Positions 26,166-34,384 of a DNA stretch of 64,000 bases are shown here, piece after piece. The notes beneath the pieces are model-generated. The model did not search any database and was not told the DNA's origin. It saw only the letters and a list, made by a program, of their open reading frames with translations. How positions within the stretch are numbered: the stretch's first letter is position 1; each line of letters begins with the position of its first letter. A program made the position numbers and the translations under genes. The stretch spans positions 2,807 to 66,806 of the forward strand of contig JBAZTA010000008.1 of assembly GCA_041662125.1 (NCBI GenBank), read 5' to 3'. This DNA comes from Candidatus Omnitrophota bacterium. Lineage in GTDB: Bacteria; Omnitrophota; Gorgyraeia; Gygaellales; Profunditerraquicolaceae.

Positions 26166-28910
26166 TCATTTCTTTTGATGGCCAGGCTCTTCCTTCTGTT
26201 GTTGCTGAGGCGCCTGTGGCTGCGGGCGTTGCTGAGGCATTTGCTGTCGCTGGATTTGGGGGGCTTGCGGCTGGCGCTGCTGAGGCTGCTCTCGTTGTTG
26301 TTGAGGTTGCGGCTGCTGAACCTGCTCGCGCTGCTGTTGCTGTCTATGTGACTGTTCAGCCTGCTGCTGTTGTTGCTGCTGGCGGCGTCCTTGTTCAGCC
26401 TGTTCTTGCTGGCGCTGGTGTTGCTGTTGTTGAACCTGCTCCTGCCTCTGTTGCTGTTGATGTTGTTGAACCTGGTCGCGCTGTTGTCGCTGACGCTGAC
26501 TCTGCTGAGCTTCTTCTTGCTGGCGCCGTTTTTGATCGACCTGCTGTTGCTGTTGTTCACGTTTGTGCGTCTGTTCAGCCTGTTCTTGCTGGCGCTGGTG
26601 TTGCTGTTGTTTCTCCTGACGTTGATTTTGATCAGCTTGTTCTTGCTGGCGTCGTTTTTGATCAACCTGCTGTTGTTCCTGTTTATGTGACTGCTCAGTT
26701 TGCTCTTGTTGACGGCGCTTTTGCTCAGCCTGTCCCTGTTGTGTCTTCAACTGTTCAGACTGCTGTTGCTGCCTTTGAGCCTGCTCAACCTGTTCTTGTT
26801 TGTGGAGTTTTTGATCAGCCTGCTTCTGAGGCTCAAGCTGTTGGCTTTCAGTCTGTTTCCGGAGATCTTCCTGGCGCCCGCGTAACTGTGTAGGTTGTTG
26901 TCCTCTTTCCGGTTGCTGGCCAACGATCTCAGACTGCTTTTTTCGCTGCTCCTCCAAAGCTTTTTCCAGCCCTTCCCGTTTTTGTTTGTCCTGTTCTATG
27001 GATAGCTGGCTCTCCAGATTTCGCCGTTGGCCGAGAAAGTCCAACCTGCCTGCCGGCCCGGCTTCCGGTGTTTTTCCAAGTTCTTTGAGTTGTCCGAGAA
27101 GCTGATCGCGTTTTCGAACATCCCCCTGTTTTGCAGCCTGATTCGTTATAGAGTCGATCTTCTGGTTTGTGAGTTCCGCTCGTTTTCTCTGTTCGACCGA
27201 TTGTCCGAGTTGCGCAACCTGTGTTTCCAGGTCCTTGCGCTTTTGTGGATTCGGGAATTTTGCGAGGTCTTGCTTCAACGAGGCAAGCTTATCTGGAGTC
27301 AAAAGATCCGCAGCGCGGGGCGCCTCAGTTTTTGTCAGTCGGCCTAACTGCTTTTGAAGGTTTTGAACCTTCTTGGGATCCTGTTCTTTTACGAGCTTCT
27401 GCACGACCTGTTTGACTTGGGTCTGTTTTGCGGATATCGGGAGTTTCCCTTGAATCACATCCTGGTTGATTTTGCTGAGTTCGTCCCTCAAAGCCAGACG
27501 CTTTTGAGGGTCCCGCTCATTGGCGACCCTAGAGCGCAGATCGATCAATTCCTTCCCTGCGACTCCCGCTAACTGCGCCTGAACATTCAGGTCGGTCTTC
27601 ATTTTGTCGCGGAAATTTTGGACTACCTTAAGATTCTTGGGAGAATTGAAGGAACTTGAGACAGCCTGAAACAAATTCTTGCCCGAAGGTAACTTATTGG
27701 CGAACTTGTGTTCTTCCTGCTTCAGACTCGTCACATTCTTTTCGAGACGGTTCAGCCGCCTCATAGCCCAATCCTCTTGAATATTAACATTGGCCAGTTG
27801 ACGTTGAGCCTCCCACAACCTGCCCCTATTGCCGGAGAGTTGAGACAGGTATGCCAGATCACGGTACTGTCGTTGCTGAAGCCTCAAATCTGCCAGATAA
27901 TACTGATCGCTATAAATTATGTTGTCCAGGATGAGGCGCCTGGCGTAGATCTCGATAACGGCAGGATCGAACCTCCAGCCGGTGAATGAGTCTACAGGTA
28001 TGATCCAGCGCCCCACTCCGGGCAGAATTACTACAACGCCCAATCCCGGTTGAGGCTGAAGAACGCGGATCTCATCGTACGGGTAGACGTCTTGGGATTC
28101 CCAGTCTTCAAAGTCGTAATCCGAATTAGAAGAGGATTCCGCATACCGTGGGCCGGGAGAAACTCTCCGTTCGGCCACGCCCGGCTGTGAAGGCGTCACA
28201 GGGCAGATATCCAAATTTGCGACTACGGTTCCGGGAATAGTCGTTCCATCCACAAGCCTGTTAAGATCCTCCGAAGACGAAGCCAGAGCCTCCAGTTTCG
28301 GCTTCCCATCCTCCACGTAAACGGTCTGGCAAGAGGAAAGGACTGTATCCGCAGGCCGAGTCAACGTCAAATTCCTGACCCGGACATTACCGGAAATGAC
28401 CGTTATGACCGCTGTCGTTGGGATGTAAACCTCTACGATGAAATCCACTGGCTCATCACTACTAACGGGCTCAATGGAAGCAGCGGGGGTTAAGACCATG
28501 TAAGGAGCTCCTGAGCTACCTCCGCTCGGCTTGGTCACTCGAAGAAGACCCTGGGTCATTTCAATGACATCCGCCGGACCATGTTCAGTTTCTCTTGTAG
28601 CGAGGAACATGGAGGAAGAGCTGCCGAGCGAGTTCAGTAATCCCGTTTTCCACTTGAGGAACAGTTTTCCGTTTTCGCTCGTGCTCACCGTGTTCCACGC
28701 ATCGACCACGCTCCCTACGGCCAGTTTTACCGGCTCCTGGTCTCGGTCCACAACCACGCTTGCGTCTCCCTGAATGCCTTGTACCGCAGCATGCGGTGGT
28801 CCCACTACCTGGGCGTTCGATGAGGCCGGAGCAGCCACTGCGACACAACACATCACGGCCAAGACAAGAGCCAATTTCATGCTTGCGGCCATTGAGATTT
28901 TCGTCTTCAT
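26166..28910 (-). CDS. Large secreted protein: signal peptide, FecR-like beta-rich N-domain, coiled-coil region with repeated xPQKRxxL motifs, and a Gln/Glu/Arg-rich tandem-repeat C-terminus
   Basis: Long ORF; the likely start is MKTKISM… at 28910, preceded by GGGAGAA, with a hydrophobic signal peptide. The C-terminal 300 aa are repeats of about 60 aa (…KQEQQQVDQKRRQQEQ…). The flanking genes lie on the same strand. Confidence 0.65.
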   Translation of the reverse strand: MKTKISMAASMKLALVLAVMCCVAVAAPASSNAQVVGPPHAAVQGIQGDASVVVDRDQEPVKLAVGSVVDAWNTVSTSENGKLFLKWKTGLLNSLGSSSSMFLATRETEHGPADVIEMTQGLLRVTKPSGGSSGAPYMVLTPAASIEPVSSDEPVDFIVEVYIPTTAVITVISGNVRVRNLTLTRPADTVLSSCQTVYVEDGKPKLEALASSSEDLNRLVDGTTIPGTVVANLDICPVTPSQPGVAERRVSPGPRYAESSSNSDYDFEDWESQDVYPYDEIRVLQPQPGLGVVVILPGVGRWIIPVDSFTGWRFDPAVIEIYARRLILDNIIYSDQYYLADLRLQQRQYRDLAYLSQLSGNRGRLWEAQRQLANVNIQEDWAMRRLNRLEKNVTSLKQEEHKFANKLPSGKNLFQAVSSSFNSPKNLKVVQNFRDKMKTDLNVQAQLAGVAGKELIDLRSRVANERDPQKRLALRDELSKINQDVIQGKLPISAKQTQVKQVVQKLVKEQDPKKVQNLQKQLGRLTKTEAPRAADLLTPDKLASLKQDLAKFPNPQKRKDLETQVAQLGQSVEQRKRAELTNQKIDSITNQAAKQGDVRKRDQLLGQLKELGKTPEAGPAGRLDFLGQRRNLESQLSIEQDKQKREGLEKALEEQRKKQSEIVGQQPERGQQPTQLRGRQEDLRKQTESQQLEPQKQADQKLHKQEQVEQAQRQQQQSEQLKTQQGQAEQKRRQQEQTEQSHKQEQQQVDQKRRQQEQADQNQRQEKQQQHQRQQEQAEQTHKREQQQQQVDQKRRQQEEAQQSQRQRQQRDQVQQHQQQQRQEQVQQQQHQRQQEQAEQGRRQQQQQQQAEQSHRQQQQREQVQQPQPQQQREQPQQRQPQAPQIQRQQMPQQRPQPQAPQQQQKEEPGHQKK
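26170..26900. repeat. Imperfect tandem repeat (about 180–186 bp period) of CAG/CTG/CAA-rich DNA encoding the Q-rich tail; open in all six frames
   Basis: Near-identical strings recur, for example tgttcagcctgttcttgctggcgctggtgttgctgttgtt at about 26390 and about 26573, and cttgctggcg(c/t)cgtttttgatc(g/a)acctgctgttg at about 26515 and about 26641. Shadow ORFs occur on both strands. Confidence 0.8.
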
Positions 28911-29030
28911 GGATAGTTCTCCCATTTTATTTCTTTTGAGTTCAAAGGCCGAGCTAGATCACTTAGCCCATGATTGGAACAGCGAGGCATGCCCTATAAT
29001 TGTCTTAGCTACAAACTCAATCATGTATTG

Positions 29031-29168
29031 TTATCTGCCGAGCAGACCTAATGCGCCTACAATGATCAAATAAATCCCGATGATCCATGTCACGAAACGA
29101 GGCGCTATGAGTATCAAAATACCGGCTATCAAAGCCACTAACGGCTGAAGATGCAGATTAATGTTCAT
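29031..29168 (-). CDS. Small membrane protein, DUF3096-like (45 aa; missed by ORF track)
   Basis: Manual translation gives MNINLHLQPLVALIAGILILIAPRFVTWIIGIYLIIVGALGLLGR*. The pattern matches the DUF3096 family. Confidence 0.55.
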   Translation of the reverse strand: MNINLHLQPLVALIAGILILIAPRFVTWIIGIYLIIVGALGLLGR

Positions 29169-29238
29169 GTCTTCCTCCATGGGACAATTGCTTCGCAGAA
29201 GCTGCGTTTATTCTGATTCATGTTTAAGAACTTCATTT

Positions 29239-29583
29239 CTAACGGCGTCCAAGAGACCTGGACCAGTTCTTCCACCCTTGCCAGCCTGATTTCCGGCGAT
29301 AGAGCATAATTTCGACTAATCCTAGCAGGAACAGGAGTACCACCGCCCCGAGCGTCGCACTGATCAATGGTCCGATGAGTCCGTGAAAGGACAACCTCAT
29401 GAAGCTGAACAGAAAGCCCCCGATGAAGGCCCCTACGACTCCTACAATCAGATTGATAACCAGCCCGGCTCCTCTTCCTCTTATAATTTGTTCGGCCAGA
29501 AAACCGGCGACAAGTCCTATTATCAAGAACCCTATCAATGGCTCGATCGGCATATTGATTCTCATGTTTTCCTCCTGCGACAA
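29239..29583 (-). CDS. GlsB/YeaQ/YmgE-family (transglycosylase-associated) stress membrane protein
   Basis: Glycine-zipper TM helices (LIIGLVAGFLAE…VGVVGAFIGGFLF). The start is uncertain; internal Mets are possible. Confidence 0.75.
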   Translation of the reverse strand: MSQEENMRINMPIEPLIGFLIIGLVAGFLAEQIIRGRGAGLVINLIVGVVGAFIGGFLFSFMRLSFHGLIGPLISATLGAVVLLFLLGLVEIMLYRRKSGWQGWKNWSRSLGRR

Positions 29584-29659
29584 TTAGTCGTTAAACAATG
29601 TACGTCCAGGAATTCGTCTGGCGTACTCCGCCATTCGCTACGAGACTCCATTGTTCAAA

Positions 29660-29845
29660 TCATTTCCTGACTCTTCCGTACAGTGATTGTATCTTGCCAG
29701 CCAGTTGATTGATTTTTCCGGCAAGAACGCCGGTATACCTATGACTCCACCATCCCCATTTTTCGCGGACCTTACCTTTCAACTGATTCACGTTTCCGAC
29801 GAATAGATGCCGATTCACAGGATTTCTCCTTGTCGCCAACTGCAA
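29660..29845 (-). CDS. CsbD-family general stress protein (divergent; start uncertain)
   Basis: …VNQLKGKVREKWG…GKINQLAGKIQSLYG matches the CsbD KxxGKxKExxGK pattern. Confidence 0.55.
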   Translation of the reverse strand: MQLATRRNPVNRHLFVGNVNQLKGKVREKWGWWSHRYTGVLAGKINQLAGKIQSLYGRVRK

Positions 29846-29933
29846 TTACGCTCTTTTGGGCAGCCCAATCACATTACGCCGGCTCCCGGCCGATCAGACC
29901 CCGGAAAGTCCTGAGAAAAAGTTTCGTATCAGG

Positions 29934-30440
29934 CTAGTTTTTCCCCCCAAAGAACTCGCGGATTTTCCCATACCACTCAGAGTCAGTGAAGTTCGGCCAT
30001 TTCTTGCTTTCAAAGTTGGGCGCTTTTTCTAGCTGAACCTTGTCTATGTCTACGATGATCGTGTCCGCTTGAGCGCCTGTCTTCACGGATTTCCACGGAA
30101 TGGGTATCAATCGGTCACCGGTTCCGAGCAAACCTCCGGGAGCCAAAACTATATAGTCTAGACATCCATCCTTGCTCAGCACAATATCTTCAATCTTTCC
30201 GAGGTCCTCTCCTTTTTGACTTATCACTTTTTTCCCAAGTATTTTACTTACTCTGTCCGCATGCTCCAGGGCGGTTTTTTCGCTTGTTTGGCTCCGTTCT
30301 GCGCTCGTAGGGGGTTTTACATCGGTTTGAGCCTGGACGCTGGGGGTCGTGCCCACCTCTGGCTCAGCGGCAAGCGCTTGACTTACAAATAAGGTACAGA
30401 CTGCCAGAAAGAGCGTCATAAAGTTTCTCGATTTTTTCAT
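29934..30440 (-). CDS. PRC-barrel domain protein with signal peptide
   Basis: Signal peptide plus a PRC-barrel core (…VISQKGEDLGKIEDIVLSKDGCLDYIVLAPGGLLGTGDRLIPIPW…). Confidence 0.7.
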   Translation of the reverse strand: MKKSRNFMTLFLAVCTLFVSQALAAEPEVGTTPSVQAQTDVKPPTSAERSQTSEKTALEHADRVSKILGKKVISQKGEDLGKIEDIVLSKDGCLDYIVLAPGGLLGTGDRLIPIPWKSVKTGAQADTIIVDIDKVQLEKAPNFESKKWPNFTDSEWYGKIREFFGGKN

Positions 30441-30570
30441 CGAGTTTCTCCTTCCTCCTATTTCGGGATAATTTGACAGGCGTCAGAGCGATGAGGACCC
30501 AGTCCCATTATTTACAGCCAAACACTGAAATTACCGCTTTGACATGCCATAATCGGTGAAACCGAACAGT

Positions 30571-30732
30571 CTACCGCTCCAGCACGATTAGAATACCAGC
30601 AGCGATAGCGAGCAGAGCCAATAAAACACTGACGACCGGATTACCGACAGATAGCGCCTGTAGCAGGCCCGTCACGATCAGCCAGATGCCAAGTAAAAGG
30701 AATCCCAATCTTTTTGTTACGTTCAGATTCAT
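30571..30732 (-). CDS. Small hydrophobic membrane protein (53 aa; missed by ORF track)
   Basis: Manual translation gives MNLNVTKRLGFLLLGIWLIVTGLLQALSVGNPVVSVLLALLAIAAGILIVLER*, two predicted TM helices. Confidence 0.4.
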   Translation of the reverse strand: MNLNVTKRLGFLLLGIWLIVTGLLQALSVGNPVVSVLLALLAIAAGILIVLER

Positions 30733-30792
30733 GTTGTTCACCTCCCTTTTTGAGAACCGAGATTCGTCCTACCGCAGGCCATTCCAGGACCG

Positions 30793-30939
30793 CTAAAGGC
30801 CCCTTCGGCCTTGAAGGAGATTAATCACTATCACCACGAGCGCTATGACCAGCAGAATGTGAATTATGGCGCCCACGGGGTAGGCGACTAAACCTATTAG
30901 CCAAAGAATCAACAAGATTACCACTATAGTCCAAAGCAT
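30793..30939 (-). CDS. lmo0937-family small membrane protein (48 aa; missed by ORF track)
   Basis: Manual translation gives MLWTIVVILLILWLIGLVAYPVGAIIHILLVIALVVIVINLLQGRRGL*, matching the lmo0937 family pattern (MLWTI…HLLLVIA…GRR). Confidence 0.6.
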   Translation of the reverse strand: MLWTIVVILLILWLIGLVAYPVGAIIHILLVIALVVIVINLLQGRRGL

Positions 30940-31054
30940 TTTTTCTCCTCCTTACGTCGCTGTCTTGCGACGATCTAAATCCTTTTGTGAGAAAGGACCA
31001 ACTCCGGCCTGTTTATGAGGCTGCTCTCCCTTTCTCGACTCCGGGTATCCCGTA

Positions 31055-31453
31055 TCAAGCTTTTCTATGATGCAAGGCTTTTCTTGCCTCTTCCGCCAAT
31101 TTCACGTAGTCGACACGTATGAGGTCTAGCTCCTTTTCATCCAATTCCTCCAAATTCAAGAGCCCATTGTGAGCATCTTCCATCACACGAATCAACTCAT
31201 CCAACTTGATGTGTATGGCTTCGGAATCCCTATTTTGGGTATTCTGGATGAGGAATACCATTAGAAAGGTCACAATCGTCGTGCCAGTATTGATGACCAA
31301 TTGCCAGGTGTCACTAAAGCTGAAGATCGGTCCTGTAATGACCCACGCGACAATTACCGAAAATGCAAGGACGAAAGCCGACGGATGACCTGTGGCGCGT
31401 GCCGTCCATTTGGCGAAGCGAGTGAACCGAGATGTGGATTTCGTAGGTTTCAT
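31055..31453 (-). CDS. Low-affinity iron permease-family small membrane protein
   Basis: 132 aa; …SFSDTWQLVINTGTTIVTFLMVFLIQNTQNRDSEAIHIKLDELI… matches the bacterial Iron_permease family pattern. Confidence 0.6.
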   Translation of the reverse strand: MKPTKSTSRFTRFAKWTARATGHPSAFVLAFSVIVAWVITGPIFSFSDTWQLVINTGTTIVTFLMVFLIQNTQNRDSEAIHIKLDELIRVMEDAHNGLLNLEELDEKELDLIRVDYVKLAEEARKALHHRKA

Positions 31454-31492
31454 TTCAACTTATCCTCGTTCCGCGTAAGGCTGGCCGGGTGG

Positions 31493-31690
31493 CTACCAAT
31501 TGCGCAGATGCTCGTCCAGTTCCTTCTCAGCTTCCTCACGTTTGAGCCCGTATTTCTCTTGTAACTTACCAAGTAAATGGTCTCGCTTCCCAGCAACGAC
31601 TTCCAGATCGTTGTCCGTGAGTTTGCCCCACTTCTCTCTAAACTTGCCTTGCAGTTGCTTCCAGTTTCCTTCAATCTGATCCCAGTTCAT
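31493..31690 (-). CDS. CsbD-family general stress protein
   Basis: 65 aa, MNWDQIEGNWKQLQGKFREKWGKLTDNDLEVVAGKRDHLLGKLQEKYG…, with an AAGGAGGGAC RBS. Confidence 0.85.
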   Translation of the reverse strand: MNWDQIEGNWKQLQGKFREKWGKLTDNDLEVVAGKRDHLLGKLQEKYGLKREEAEKELDEHLRNW

Positions 31691-31748
31691 GATTCGTCCC
31701 TCCTTATTGGGGTGCGGCGTTAATTCGCCAGGTTTTCCGGTTTCATGG

Positions 31749-31901
31749 TTAGAGACGGCCCGTCAATAGGAGCACGATCACGATGATCAGCACCACACCA
31801 AGGAGACCGCTGGGGCCACGCCCCCAGCTACGACTATATCCCCAGGTCGGTAGCGCTCCTACGAGCAAAAGGATCAGGATAATTACCAGAATAGTTCCCA
31901 T
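31749..31901 (-). CDS. DUF3309-family small membrane protein (50 aa; missed by ORF track)
   Basis: Manual translation gives MGTILVIILILLLVGALPTWGYSRSWGRGPSGLLGVVLIIVIVLLLTGRL* with a GGAGGGAGAAAAACA RBS. It has the family's PTW..S..WG..PSG core. Confidence 0.6.
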   Translation of the reverse strand: MGTILVIILILLLVGALPTWGYSRSWGRGPSGLLGVVLIIVIVLLLTGRL

Positions 31902-32308
31902 TGTTTTTCTCCCTCCAGACTTTTAAGAATAGCGTCAGTGACATAACCATCACTGGAGACGCTTTTAACCCTTATAATACATGTATGCACCTTGCGTGCC
32001 AATTAAGGCAATGGATAAGGTTTTCCATAAAAGCAACGCTATCAGATAGTTAGGCACAGCGATGCCCGTGGATTGAAACACCAAGGGGCGACAAGAAAGC
32101 GGTTAGTGTCCTACAAACGGTCCACTCAATTGCTGTCACTGTGTTATCAAGGGGTTATATATTTATCAGTGTCTGATGATAGGACACTAACGTGCGGATT
32201 TGGACTAGTTTTCGCTCTCAACATGGGGGTCACTTTCTGTTATTCGTTCCGCCAGTAAGGCAGGTCAAAATCAATTTCACAAAATCGATGTAATATTGAG
32301 CAATTGAA

Positions 32309-32857
32309 TCATGCTCTAGACAGCGAGTTAGGCGTTACCCCACCGTGCATGTTGACCTCATCCGCTTCAGTGTTCTCCAGGATGCTTCGGGCTTTCTCCA
32401 CCTCTTCTGTGCTCCCGTGACAGATTACAAGGAACTTGTCGGCTTTTATTTGGGTTTCATACTTGATGACACTGTCTTTTGGTACGCCTATACTGAACAA
32501 TCCGGCGCCGACTGCGCTGACGCCGCCAACAACTACAGCTCCTTCGAGCGCCCCCACGATCCAGCTCACCAGTGGTCCCGCTACGGCAATGGGGCCTATA
32601 CCGGGAACGAAAAAGAAGGCGGCGCCGAACAGCAAGCCCCAGAGCCCGCCCCAAAAAGCGCCGATCTTTCCCCAGGCCTTCATACGGTCCCCAGTATTAT
32701 AGTATCCGACCACATGCTCATCAGAGTGATAGTCCTTGCCCACTACAGACAGCTTCTTCATGTCAAGCCCTGCCTTCTGGAGTTCTCTGACAGCAGACTC
32801 CGCCGCGGTATGAGTGTTGTACACTCCAGCGACCGCCTTGTTTCCTGTAACGTTCAT
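32309..32857 (-). CDS. General stress protein 17M (YflT)-like, glycine-zipper membrane protein
   Basis: N-terminal VAGVYNTHTAAESAVRELQKAG…LSVVGKD, a central Gly-rich TM region (GAFWGGLWGLLFGAAFF), and C-terminal …KFLVICHGSTEEVEKARSILE. This is the YflT-like arrangement. Confidence 0.5.
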   Translation of the reverse strand: MNVTGNKAVAGVYNTHTAAESAVRELQKAGLDMKKLSVVGKDYHSDEHVVGYYNTGDRMKAWGKIGAFWGGLWGLLFGAAFFFVPGIGPIAVAGPLVSWIVGALEGAVVVGGVSAVGAGLFSIGVPKDSVIKYETQIKADKFLVICHGSTEEVEKARSILENTEADEVNMHGGVTPNSLSRA

Positions 32858-32946
32858 AACTCTCTCCTTCGTGTTGTGATTCGGTTTCCGTTATGGATTA
32901 CATCTCTTATTTCGGCGCCAAATCCAGGCTACTCCGCCAACATTAG

Positions 32947-33591
32947 CTAGCGCCGGTGGTTTTTCAGGTCTTTTCCTTTTCCGCCGTCAATTAGGATCGG
33001 TCGCGCTTCTTCAGTTTTTTTCGGGCTTACCGCATCACTTTGAGCCGTTTTTGCCCCTCCAGAGTATTGGCGAATAACAATGTTCAGGGGATCGGATTCA
33101 GAGAATCTGCTCTTGGCGTAAAACTGAGTTGAACTTTCTCTTGCAAAAGTCCTTAGCCGTTCCTTCAATTGAGTCGTCAATCTAGCTCGAGCAGACTCTA
33201 TTAAACGCATGTATTCGGCGAACAGATTCGCCGAATAAAGCTGTTTGTAGTCAGGGCTCTGAATAAGCTCATGGTACACCTTGACAAACCTTTCATGTTC
33301 GGGGGCTCCGGCGAGATGACTAAATACTCGATTAATTAGTTCGCCATTCAATTGCATGGAATCTGTCGATGATTGTCGCGACAAATGCGCTAACATGGAT
33401 GTTCGTTTCTCAGCCTCATAGCACCGTGCTATGTCACGCTCCATCGATTCCAGGTCCTGTATCTGTTCGATCAATTGATAAGCGCTGTCATCGAATGGTA
33501 TCGACAAGTCCTGCGATCGAACGGTACCCGGCGTCATGATGATCGTCGCAACCAACAAGAGCGAGCCCAAAAGTTTAGTTTTAGTCTTCAT
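32947..33591 (-). CDS. Hypothetical secreted protein (signal peptide)
   Basis: 214 aa; N-terminal MKTKTKLLGSLLLVATIIMTPGTVRS signal peptide; no recognised domain. Confidence 0.45.
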   Translation of the reverse strand: MKTKTKLLGSLLLVATIIMTPGTVRSQDLSIPFDDSAYQLIEQIQDLESMERDIARCYEAEKRTSMLAHLSRQSSTDSMQLNGELINRVFSHLAGAPEHERFVKVYHELIQSPDYKQLYSANLFAEYMRLIESARARLTTQLKERLRTFARESSTQFYAKSRFSESDPLNIVIRQYSGGAKTAQSDAVSPKKTEEARPILIDGGKGKDLKNHRR

Positions 33592-33613
33592 TGTGTCGTA
33601 ACCTCAGCCCCTG

Positions 33614-33832
33614 TTATTTAGTGAAATGAGCCCAAGAGCCAAATGAGACAAGATTTTCAAAATCTTTGGTGGTAACATGATCGGAGCCAAGCATGGCCTC
33701 AATACAATGAAAAGCTTGCATCCGCCAATGCTGCAAAGCGGCCGGATCAAAATCAGAGTCGAGCACATACCAGCCCGCAGCTATTAAATTGTCGATTCGC
33801 TGTTCAATAGACATTGGAGTTCTTTCTATCAA
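33614..33832 (-). CDS. Small hypothetical protein, paralog of 54087..54332
   Basis: 72 aa sharing the pattern ID.L…G…L..DFDP….WR.QAF.C with the 54087..54332 ORF. Each lies downstream of a copy of the repeated intergenic element. Confidence 0.45.
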   Translation of the reverse strand: MIERTPMSIEQRIDNLIAAGWYVLDSDFDPAALQHWRMQAFHCIEAMLGSDHVTTKDFENLVSFGSWAHFTK

Positions 33833-33957
33833 GAAGATTCCCTGAACAACCTTCCCAAGAGAGACGCCTCCAAAGTGATACCTTTGCAGATGTCCACACT
33901 TACAGGGCCTGGTCCAGTTAACTCAAAAAACGTTTCACAATATGGTAACGGAGATAG

Positions 33958-34240
33958 TATAACCCTTGCCGTAAATAGAGCACATTTCGTGCCAACTGTC
34001 CGACGCAGAACCACCTGCTTGGAAAGCTAAACCTAATTAAATACTTACGTATAGCGGCAGAGATTGGTGTGACTTACGAAGCGTCTACAATAGGAGCTGA
34101 ACGAGGGAAATGTGCCCTAGAAACGGGCCATACAATTCCTGATGTGTGTTTTATCAAGGGGTTAAGAATTAATCTGGTGTCTTAATGTAGGTCAATCATC
34201 CAGGCCTGCGGTGCGATTTCCGCTCTCAATTTCGGATTGT
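33958..34240. repeat. Repeated intergenic element, copy A (conserved core 34066..34240)
   Basis: Core gtgacttacgaag…gtgccctagaaacgggccatacaattcctgatgtgtgttttatcaagg…ggtgtcttaat…ggcctgcggtgcgatttccgctc..aatttcg recurs at 54605..54778 and partly at 53876..53995. Confidence 0.75.
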
Positions 34241-34384
34241 AAAGCCTCCCTGAGCTTCCTGTATCGTAGGATCAGGCTGTTTCTTGAACTGTAGTGGCCG
34301 AACAGTGAGTGTGCTTTGATTTCGAGTTCGGGGATAATTCGCTACGCTAGCGCCTTGCGTTGCGTTGTTACCACGAGGCTCGCG

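Noticed and set aside
26132-26665. Asn/Ser-rich 178-aa N-terminus of the radical SAM ORF (24659..26665)
   Set aside because: It is the Q-rich repeat DNA read in another frame. A strong RBS and ATG at 26131 give a normal class B rSAM N-terminus (MNALLIYPSIP…).
26136-26893. Plus-strand ORFs in the repeat: an Ala/Val-rich 243 aa ORF (26162..26893) and Leu-rich ORFs (26136..26351, 26370..26690, 26700..26885)
   Set aside because: These are shadow ORFs created by CAG/CTG/CAA codon-level low complexity, which leaves all six frames open. The minus-strand gene has a signal peptide and a continuous 919-aa frame.
34100-34140. Possible sigma-54 (-24/-12) or sigma-70 (TTGATA-N19-TATGGC) promoter within the repeated element on the minus strand
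   Set aside because: GG/GC spacing is off by two for sigma-54 and the sigma-70 spacer is too long. Conservation alone does not identify a promoter class.
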